From contig OZ320323.1 of assembly GCA_976226885.1 (NCBI GenBank), positions 1,550,001 to 1,614,000 of the forward strand: a stretch of DNA of 64,000 bases. Reading direction: 5' to 3'. Origin of the DNA: Iphione sp. A-MEVVRFRX5 (taxonomy: Eukaryota). Positions 52,304 to 60,533 of this stretch are shown here, one piece after another. The position numbers and the translations under genes are program-made. The notes below the pieces were generated by a model, which did no database searches, was not told where the DNA came from, and saw only the letters and a list, made by a program, of their open reading frames with translations. How positions within the stretch are numbered: position 1 is the first letter of the stretch; every line of letters starts with the position of its first letter.

Positions 52304-52993
52304 TCATATTGAGCATTTAGTCAAAAATTTGACTAATTCTCGCGTCCTTTCCCAGCGCCACTCGTCCTTGAGGTGACAACCATCCCTCGTCTTGTAGAAA
52401 CGGTGATGATAGTGCTTGTTGTTCCTGCTGTGAACCACACTGCCGACCCATGGGGTCGACATATCACGCTTGGCGTTCATAGCAGTAATATCTGCGTTCA
52501 GACGAATGATCGCATCATTTAGAAGAGACTGTCGTGAGTCGTTTACGTCTGGATTAATGTCAGTATTTCCCAGATGGGAATTATACTGGCTCAGGTTTGG
52601 AGCGGTGAAGGTGCAGAATGCAAATTTGCTGTCCTCAAAGCGCTTCTTCAGAGTTGTCTCTGCTTTTGCCAATTGCCATCGTACGTGATAATATAATTCA
52701 TCAAATGACTCATCAGCCAACTCAATTTGGCGGATGGAACTACCATTGGCTAGTCGCACATTGTAGATCATCCTTGTCAAGTCGTTTGTACCCGCGAGGA
52801 CCATGACAAGGGCAGGTTCCGCTCTGTAGTCAAAGTACACAGCTTTGTCAACGACTTCAAGTAATTTATAACCAGGGTAGAAGTGGACGTTTACAAAGTA
52901 GTCTTCCTTCCAGAGGTCGTAGCCAATGCCACGACCATTGGAGTCGGCAAATAAGAAAACATTGCTGTGCAGATCACAAACTTCTCTATTCAT
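52304..52993 (-). CDS. Element A free-standing SGNH/GDSL-type hydrolase (likely start 52993, 7 nt after the NADAR stop)
   Basis: FADSNG (block I Ser), YPG (block II), AGTND (block III), DGCH (block V): complete catalytic set, intact frame. Confidence 0.9.
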   Translation of the reverse strand: MNREVCDLHSNVFLFADSNGRGIGYDLWKEDYFVNVHFYPGYKLLEVVDKAVYFDYRAEPALVMVLAGTNDLTRMIYNVRLANGSSIRQIELADESFDELYYHVRWQLAKAETTLKKRFEDSKFAFCTFTAPNLSQYNSHLGNTDINPDVNDSRQSLLNDAIIRLNADITAMNAKRDMSTPWVGSVVHSRNNKHYHHRFYKTRDGCHLKDEWRWERTRELVKFLTKCSI

Positions 52994-53000
52994 TTTTGTA

Positions 53001-53609
53001 TTAGAGTCTTGCAGAATGTGTGTTGTCTGGTCTTGGTTGTGCTCGCAAATGTGAGCGCAGTTCAATTAACAGGAGACCCAATTGGTTTTTGCCATTGTAT
53101 GTGCCGGATTGGATTAGATGGGAGCAGAATGGGGCACCCGCCCCCCAGAAACTATCGTTACTGGCCTCGATTAACATGGACTCGCCGGTGTCAAGTAGTT
53201 TGGATTTTAGGGTGTCATTCTGAGTGATCTTTGCTTCGATTAGTTCCTTCATACAGGTTACACGGTCTGCTTCCCATGCTTCATCCATTAGAATTTGCTT
53301 TGTTCTAGCCTTCGCTTTGAATGGGTCATTCAGTAGTAACAACTCGTTAACCAGATTGTTCAGACCCACGCGCTTTGCCTTTGCCACGGCAAAAGCTTGT
53401 TCAATGCTAGTAAAGGCCATTCTTTCCCAAACAAAGCTACATGTGTATGTATTAGAAAGAGGATGATGTTTCCCGTTAAAGGCTAGCATGGTGTTCGATT
53501 TCTGCTCCGATGCCTTTTCTAGGGAGTATTCACTTGGCAGTTTATGCAGGTTATGGGCAGTGTATGATTGCCCATTTATTGTTAGCTTGTCATTTTCTAG
53601 TTTAGCCAT
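53001..53609 (-). CDS. Element A ORF1 C-terminus: CTD plus NADAR (YbiA-like) domain
   Basis: AFNG..HPLSN.Y..F..IEQAF..AKA..W...M..LIEAKITQN..LKSKLLDTG..LIEASNDSFWGAG..GKNQLGLLLIELR is a canonical NADAR signature with Glu and Asp before WG. Confidence 0.92.
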   Translation of the reverse strand: MAKLENDKLTINGQSYTAHNLHKLPSEYSLEKASEQKSNTMLAFNGKHHPLSNTYTCSFVWERMAFTSIEQAFAVAKAKRVGLNNLVNELLLLNDPFKAKARTKQILMDEAWEADRVTCMKELIEAKITQNDTLKSKLLDTGESMLIEASNDSFWGAGAPFCSHLIQSGTYNGKNQLGLLLIELRSHLRAQPRPDNTHSARL

Positions 53610-55060
53610 AGCACCACAAGCGCGGGCACAGTCCTTAATTCACTGCGCTTGGACCTATCATCGAAGGATAGATCATCATTTATCCAGATGCCAGGATGTT
53701 GTTTTAGTTTTGTTTTATTTCTTAGAATCTCATTTTTCCACGATATCTTTAGAAAACTTACTAGAACATCTCTGTGTTTACCAGGGCGTTTTTGACCTAG
53801 CCGGATGCATTGGTCCAGTTCGTAGGGTTGCATAGATGGACATAACAACTGAGTAATGCTTAGGACTTTGGACATTGTAGTGACAGGAGTTTCAAGCTCA
53901 TCTTCGAAAATGCCCGATATGATCACATTGTGTTTGCGAAGGATTCGGTCATGTTTTTTGTTGTCATTCTCAAGATGAGATACTGTCTCTTTTGTAATAT
54001 TTTGTTCACATCTTAGGTTCCCTTGCTCACCTTTCAACGCAGCTATTTCTGCCTTTAATTGGGCGACCTCGTCCTTACATGCGCACGACTGGGCTTTTTT
54101 AGTTAGTTCATTGTCAACCAATTCCTTTAGGGCGTTGATTTCTTTTGCATTAGTGGAGGCCTGTGATCTTATCTCCTCGACTAATTTTGTTGTTTTGTCA
54201 CTGTTTTTATTTATTGCTTTTGTCCACTCAGCTACCTCTTGAGCAAGTTTCTCGTTTTTGGCCGTGTTTGCATTGATTGATTGGGTCATTATTGTAAGGA
54301 TAGCTGCTATGGTACTAATGTCTTGAATGAGGTTATGCAAGTTGTTGACCCCATATGACAATTGACCTTGATTTAGATTCGGCAATGGGCTGGGCGTAAT
54401 CGATGTACCCGTCGTACCTGTACATTGTAAATTTCTTGATGCTACTACTTGAGTAACGTCATCAGTAAACTCAACCTGCTTGACGATATTATCATTGACA
54501 GTTTCATTCTGTTCATCCTTGTTTTTCTTGCTATGCTCTGGCAATGATGGGGAGTCACCTTTACGTTTACCACTTGCCAATATCTCAAATGAGTTACCGG
54601 CATTGCCTAGAGTTTTCAATAAATGATTTTCAGTTATGCGTTTGAGAGAGTCAGGTGTCGTTACTGGGTTAAGTCGATTGCTGTCTGGAGTTACCATGAT
54701 TTTTTCCGTTTCTGCGTCAACCTGCGAGCGAACAATTTCGATGCTATCGTTGGGGCTATCTTCAGATACTCTAGTTGGTAGATTATCACTAGGTTCTGGT
54801 GTTTTGGGCTTGTCTGTACTGTCAGACATGGTGTTATTTTGTGTTACTGTAGTGACAGTTTGACTAGCTGCTGGCACATTTCCTGCCTTTGTAACAATAT
54901 TGATACTGTTAATTTTAAAGTGAAGCGAGTCTTCAGAGGGAAGTTTTACTTTCTCAATATTTATGCTGTCGTTGACCATGGGTGCTAAGTGAGTGTCTAA
55001 AATTAGATCAGTCAGCGGCACCGGTTGTCCTACTGCACGTTCACCCATATTGTCGCTCAC
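53597..55060 (-). CDS. Element A ORF1 N-terminal 487 aa: disordered region, long coiled coil, RRM, start of CTD
   Basis: Heptads EVAQLKAEIAALKGEQ; RKHNVIISGI..IRLG..RDVLVSF..GIWINDDL is the L1-ORF1p/transposase_22-type RRM; frameshift at ELRTV leads into the NADAR frame. Confidence 0.9.
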   Translation of the reverse strand: MSDNMGERAVGQPVPLTDLILDTHLAPMVNDSINIEKVKLPSEDSLHFKINSINIVTKAGNVPAASQTVTTVTQNNTMSDSTDKPKTPEPSDNLPTRVSEDSPNDSIEIVRSQVDAETEKIMVTPDSNRLNPVTTPDSLKRITENHLLKTLGNAGNSFEILASGKRKGDSPSLPEHSKKNKDEQNETVNDNIVKQVEFTDDVTQVVASRNLQCTGTTGTSITPSPLPNLNQGQLSYGVNNLHNLIQDISTIAAILTIMTQSINANTAKNEKLAQEVAEWTKAINKNSDKTTKLVEEIRSQASTNAKEINALKELVDNELTKKAQSCACKDEVAQLKAEIAALKGEQGNLRCEQNITKETVSHLENDNKKHDRILRKHNVIISGIFEDELETPVTTMSKVLSITQLLCPSMQPYELDQCIRLGQKRPGKHRDVLVSFLKISWKNEILRNKTKLKQHPGIWINDDLSFDDRSKRSELRTVPALVVLWLN

Positions 55061-55277
55061 GCCACTAGCCGTCAGAAGAAAACTTAAATTTACTCAAATG
55101 AGAAAACACAAGACAGCCAAAAAACCTCTGTAGTATGTTCTTAAATAAGAATCATCTACTTACAAATTCCGTTTGCTCAGTTTGGTCACCTTACTTCCAT
55201 ATAAAGTCGACACGTTCGCCTCCGCCCCCGATAGCACGTCCTTACTCACCAGCGACCATACTCTCAAGAGAGAAATA

Positions 55278-55572
55278 TGGGCGAAATATAGCATTGTTGT
55301 CATGCCATTCATGAATTGGGTAACATGTGTCAGGAGTGGGCAGACCGTTTTGTTCATTCATAGCTGCGCATACATTGTTAAATGTACCAATTTGGACATT
55401 CAATTCATACTGCAAGTGAGGATTTATGGTGTTTAACCGTTTGCCATATATCGGTAGAAAAAGCACCTTATGTGTACCCGGGACATGAAGATTGTGTGAT
55501 ATTTTGTCAAAGTAATTCCACATGTCATAATCAAGCGCTAAGTATGTTTCATATACCAAGTTGTTGTTATTC
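55278..55572. repeat. 295-bp direct repeat flanking element A (partner at 47910-48204)
   Basis: tgggcgaaatatagc...gttgttgttattc at both ends, same length, a handful of substitutions. Confidence 0.93.
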
Positions 55573-55786
55573 CCATCATTTACGACCAGTGAGTGGATCC
55601 CTGTGTGAAATATTGTGAGTTCATAGTCAGGACTTGGTACCATAGGCATCATGTTTGTGATGTCTTCTACTGTAATCCCGTAGGTCGATACTATAGTGCA
55701 CGGACACAGATTGTCAAATCTGGCCCTGAGTCCATGTCCAATTGCCAGGCCCGGTCATCTGTGATGAGCTGTATACGCGGCCACAT
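55278..55786 (-). pseudogene. Element B SGNH-like ORF, 5' part (continues at 48204-47814); catalytic motifs altered
   Basis: LITDDR(G) at block I, HTGIHS at block III, ENMGVVP in place of DGCH; position equivalent to the SGNH ORF of element A. Confidence 0.7.
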
Positions 55787-55938
55787 CCCTATAGGAAATA
55801 CAGTTTATTTACTACTTTGAACACAACTGATGGGTGTTACTCTTGCTCGTCCAGGGTCATTGCCTTGTACTCATAACATGAAGAATGTCAGGCAAGTAGA
55901 TACACACTACAACATGTTTACAAATATGTATCACATTG

Positions 55939-56431
55939 TTATGCAACAATTATCGGATCAGAACTTTTGTTTCCACGCAGATCGTTGCGTACGTTACACA
56001 GTGCTTTACCAGTCATGTTCCTCCCAACATAATCCCCTTTGCTCAGTTCTTTGTCGAAGAGTCGAGTAGCACAACCAAAGAACTTATCCAATGACCCCTT
56101 CAAAATAGTTTTTTTTACCTGTTTTCAAAAGAACGTCCAAAAGGTCTGGATGTTGGGTAAACTTCGCTCTGTGTATGTCGTACAGACACTTAGTTTCTTC
56201 ACCCGACCACTCCTCTGTAGAGGTTATCGACTCACCAAGTTGTCTAGCCTTGTGTGGACAGACTGCACTCCGGATTTCCCTAGTGAGTTCGTCGTTACCT
56301 ATAGCCTGCGCCCGGGCACATTGAAAGGCGTGCTCCACCGTGGGGTACTTGTTTCCATTGTATTCCACCTCCACGTTGTTTGTACTATCACTTTTTGATA
56401 CAATAATTCCGCTACGATAGTATGCTATCAC
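55939..56431 (-). pseudogene. NADAR domain (element B, proximal copy), one frameshift
   Basis: YNGNKYPTVEHAFQCARA..KARQLG..W..HRAKFTQHPDLLDVLLKTG..FEG/SLDKFFG..GRNMTGKALCNVRNDL. Confidence 0.9.
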
Positions 56432-56778
56432 ATACTTTTTAGTCCAACATTCACATTACACCATCATGCTTAAAGTTGGCCCCTTCAATAGTATAATACC
56501 CACTGACATCTAATATCATGTGGTCTCACAAGGAAAATTACATATATAGTGTCTCTTATTACAAATACTAAGTTTTGTACATACCCTTACTCACACCATA
56601 TTTACCGTCTCTCCTGGTACTCAGGGGGGACTCGCTTGCACCAGATCTGAAATGAACCCATATATTTACATAGTCTCTAATTCCCCAAAGCCCGTCTTAT
56701 CTATAAACCCCATACCACCTTCAATATTCTATCGCATATTTTATTGAAGCAAGTAGGTAAATTTCATAGAGCCTCCAG

Positions 56779-57256
56779 TCAATTTATGTCTGCTGCTTCT
56801 GCCTCCTCGTCCTCCTCCTCATTGGGGAATAGATCGTCCCTCAGCTCAGTTAGTGAGCGGCCTAGCATGTTTTTCCCCTTGAAATATGATCCTTTTTTAA
56901 CGAAGTGACCAAACCCGCTCGCCACTCCCCAATACGTTGATTTACTTGCAGATATTAACTCTCGTCTTTCCGTTTTGCCTAGTGCATCCTTCAAGTTTGG
57001 CAGGCCAGTAAATTTTGCCATTAGGATGTCTGTCATTATGCCTATTCGGGCTTTGTCCCAGTGCTGCCTACCTGTACCCTCTTGCCGATCGCTGTCAGTT
57101 CCTCGGGGTCTGTAGTGGCTAATATCTCAGTCTTAGCCCTCTCGTCTTCTGCATGGACTGCTCTCTCCAATTGGAAAGCCTTTTCACGACCGTTCCTTTG
57201 TATGTGAAGGCAGAAATATACAGGTTGCTAAAACTTGCCTCCGTTCCTTGAAATAC
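56779..57256 (-). pseudogene. NADAR domain (distal copy), frameshifted
   Basis: VFQG..FSNLY..F.YKG; HWDKARIGIMTDILMAKF..L..T..ELISASKSTYWG..FKGKNMLGRSLTELR. Confidence 0.85.
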
Positions 57257-57477
57257 TACTATGATTCGATACTGAACAACAGTCAGTATGGAATTGTTGA
57301 TGTCAGCTACCACCACTCTGTTGACCGATCACGACCCCCACTCATCTCCCTATGTTATCCTCAGCTCTAAAGCATACATTATGCACAGATACACAGACAT
57401 ATTCATAACTGGTCGTCAAATTGTCTCATAGATTATAAACTCTCCTTGCCATTATTCCATTGGGAAATACGATCATA

Positions 57478-57995
57478 AGAATCAGAATCAGCATCTTTTT
57501 ATTTAACCATCTTTGCAACGATACAAAGTTCTCCTGGTCAAACACAAAGAAAAATGAATGTTGCAAGTACAAGTGTGCTAGAGTAGGGAAATAAGATGAA
57601 ATACGCGTTTACAGTTACAGATCTCCATCATTGAAAACAGGTTGATCACTTCAGCATGAATTTGTCCTCGGATTAGTGCTAGTATAATGTGACTTTCAGA
57701 AGGGAATATATAAGATTTTTAGGTGGCAGGTGGCCATATTTCCAAGTGTAGCTCTAGATTTATATTTGGAGATGGAAATAAAAATCTTGAAATCTTGAAA
57801 TCTTATAACCCATGGCAACACAGTCATAGTTACTGGCCCCAACAGACAGAAACTGGTACCCAAAGTGTTTGCAGCAATTCTTCGTTCATAAAGACTTTTC
57901 CGGTCTTAGGGAGCTAGCACCAGTGGGGAACTGAAACCCAGACCTTTGGCCAGAGAGGCCAACATGTAACCATCTGAGCTAAAGGGAAACCCCAC
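57478..57995 (-). mobile_element. Probable tRNA-derived SINE
   Basis: A-box-like TAGCTCAGATGG (57981-57970), degenerate B-box GGTTTCAGTTCC (57938-57927), 3' AATAAAAA plus (TGATTC)n tail at ~57500-57478. Confidence 0.5.
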
Positions 57996-58585
57996 TAGCC
58001 AAGGGCTAGAGGTTGACCCAGAGTTCCCCAGGGTAATCCCATATATATGAGCATGATGCACTACACCTTAAGTAGCACCATTTACACGTCAATCATCCCT
58101 CCTGGCGAATACACACCTTGAGACGGGCCTACCAAACTGTGAGATGGTACTCAACAAGTTGTAACATGAGAAATATGAGTTCAGCTTTCACATCCAGCTA
58201 TGCCACATTTAAACATAACATGTGCTCGTACAATCGGAATAGTTCAAGTGGCCGTACCTACTTCACATCAGTATATCTCCGTTGGTCACCTCTGAGTTAT
58301 TAATGGATATTTCCTTTCTACCCAACACCTCGTATAAATGGCTATCTCACAATGCCACGTAATAAAACACGCTGTTCGCAATACGCAAGGAGTACTTCCC
58401 ACCAACTGCAGTAAGAGCCACATCTTGGGCAAAAACGCCTGCTCATGTCGAGTTACCAGTTGTAATGCACAAATCAGTGATGAGTACACGCTTTAAGGCT
58501 GTCAGATGCCTGTGTCTTAGGCCCCATTCAAGCGTTAAGCGATGTACCATATGGACTCCATCATAAACCTCTAGCATGACCCCAG

Positions 58586-59382
58586 GTGGCAATAACCATG
58601 TCAATTACTGCATATGTACCACATGTGAAGCAAAACCCCAAATTTTATACTACTTTGTATTCCATTGTGGCAGGTCCACTATTGGAGCTATGTGCAGGTC
58701 AGCTCCTCACTCTGTCGTCAGGCCATCTGCAGCTACGGGAGGGCCTGCAAATCGCCCCAGAGGGTTCCTCTACAGCCTCAGCCACCAGGGCGGGCCTGGC
58801 GGCAGAGGCGGAAGGGCGGCGGCGCGTAGAGAGGAGGCTGGACGATTTCGAGCAGCGGATGGAGGCAAGGTTCAGTGCCTTCGAGGAGACGGTGATGCGC
58901 AGACTCGACGACATGTCCAGACGGTTGGATGAGTTTTCTGGCCTGCAGCAAGACCAGACTGAACTTGTGACTCGACCCATGGAGTCACTGGTCCATCTGG
59001 CGGTCGAAAGGGTGTCATCGTTGGAGTCCAAGAGCACGGCGAGTGCCAACGTCATTGACACCACTGTGCGTCAGGTCTGGGAGGCGATTGGGCACTTCCG
59101 TGAGAACATGGCGCTGCTCAGCAATCAGGTGGCAGCTCTGTCGGTGAGAGGTGGCCGAGCCCGGGGGGGGGGGGGGCTAGGGGGCAAGGTGGTACGGAAC
59201 CAGCGGTGAGCGGTAGTGCTGTGACCCCCGGAGGTGCGAGCCCGGTGCCCCCTTCATCAGCGGGAAGAGCAGCACCTGGAAGGGCAGCACCCAGAAGAGC
59301 CACCAGCCGTGGGGTGGCCAATGCCCCCACTAGTCCTGGGGGGGCGAGTCCGCAGGCCTCAGGTAGAGGGACACAGCAGTGA
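58586..59382 (+). other. GC-rich coiled-coil ORF of unknown function; Ala/Pro/Gly tail to 59382 beyond a G-run frameshift
   Basis: RRLDDFEQRMEARFSAFEETVMRRLDDMSRRLDEF heptads; no domain recognised. Confidence 0.45.
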
Positions 59383-59639
59383 AAAGTGAACATTGTCTTT
59401 TTTTTCCCTTTATGCCGTACTAAATATGTCTTTTTTTTTTTTTTTTAGGAAAAGCCGGAAAAAGTACGCCAATAAAGATACCATGGTCACATTTTCAATT
59501 TCACCTTTCATTATTATTCCAGATGTCGAATTTGATGAGATACCACTAGCAATATATGTACATTCTTAACACTGACTCCTGGTTCTTAAAGACAAGAATA
59601 AAATAATATTGAATGGTAATTTTTTTACATGCAAAGACG

Positions 59640-59960
59640 ATTCCTACCAACTAAGTAAATTCTTAACACTATGGCCTGAAATGCAGAGGGAAAACGATTA
59701 ATAAGCTGAAGCTGAAACTAAGTAATGGCATGTATTGTAATCAGTACAGACGAATCCTATCAACTACGAAAATTCTTAACACTATGGCCTGAAATGCAGA
59801 GGGAAAACGATTAAAAAGCTGAAGCTGAAACTAACTAATGGCATGTATTTTAATAAGTACAGCCGAATCCCACCAACTACGAAAATTCTTAACACTATGG
59901 CCTGAAATGCAGAGGGAAAATGATTAATAAGCTGAAGCTGAACCAATGGAACAAAGTCAA
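59640..59960. repeat. 113-bp minisatellite, 3 copies plus a degenerate fourth near 60120
   Basis: aaattcttaacactatggcctgaaatgcagagggaaaa starts at 59657, 59770 and 59883. Confidence 0.92.
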
Positions 59961-60189
59961 TAGCTAACAACTACAAAAATAAGCGGATAAACGGTTAATG
60001 GGTAAAACAGATATTCGGACGTGCGGATAATCTTGGGGAAAAAATTCAACCAAAAAATGAATACATGTACATCGCTGAGTAATATGTGAACAAGTTAATA
60101 CGATTCCTAACAACTACAAAAATTCTTGGCGCTATGTGTCCTGTAATGCAAGGTGGAAAATTATGAGTGAATGTTATATTCTGAAAATA

Positions 60190-60523
60190 TTGACATATTG
60201 AACACTGTACACATTTATACACTACAGCCAACAAGAAAGACCTCGACTGTGCAGTTGTGAAGACCCGCTGGCGCTCTCTCCATGATGAGTACATGAAGAA
60301 AAGAAAGGACGGGATAACAAAAAGTGGCCAGGCTACAGCAAAATTCAAGAAATGGCGATTCTATGTCAACATGAAATTCCTGGAACCGTTCGTGCAGGAG
60401 AGGGAATGTGAATCGAACTTCTCCTTTGATGAGGAGGAATGACAAAGAGGACTCCCAGCCAACCCAGGAACTCGAGGCGTCCAGTCAGATGGATGATGGC
60501 AGCATTCTGGAACCAACACCAGG
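60190..60523 (+). pseudogene. MADF/Myb-SANT-like Harbinger accessory protein exon
   Basis: KTRWRSLHDEYMKKRK..SGQA..KWRFYVNMKFLEP is a MADF C-terminal signature; acidic tail and possible GTTAGT donor at 60524. Confidence 0.8.
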
Positions 60524-60533
60524 GTTAGTATAC

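Larger units (their letters stand above)
48205..55277 (-). mobile_element. Near-intact 7.07-kb LINE (element A): ORF1-NADAR, SGNH ORF, APE-RT, 3' UTR, poly(A)
   Basis: Collinear ORFs; AATAAA then A16 at 48220-48205; flanked by 295-bp direct repeats; only two evident frameshifts. Confidence 0.95.

Noticed and set aside
53590-53640. Programmed ribosomal frameshift between ORF1 and NADAR
   Set aside because: No slippery heptamer is evident, and the equivalent break in the 31-kb element is at a different position, so mutational decay is more likely.
48205-57300. DarT-like toxin partner for the NADARs (toxin-antitoxin pair)
   Set aside because: No ADP-ribosyltransferase-like ORF recognised anywhere in the window; the context is eukaryotic LINE sequence.
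57915-57995. Functional tRNA gene
   Set aside because: Degenerate B box and no convincing cloverleaf; followed by a body and microsatellite tail typical of a SINE.
58517-58535. Left TIR of the Harbinger (TTA-GGCCCCATTC)
   Set aside because: Only GGCCC matches the right TIR (GGCCCGGTTTCC), and the flanking triplet is TTA against TAA at the right end.
59640-59960. CRISPR array
   Set aside because: Whole 113-bp units repeat with no unique spacers, no cas genes, eukaryotic context.
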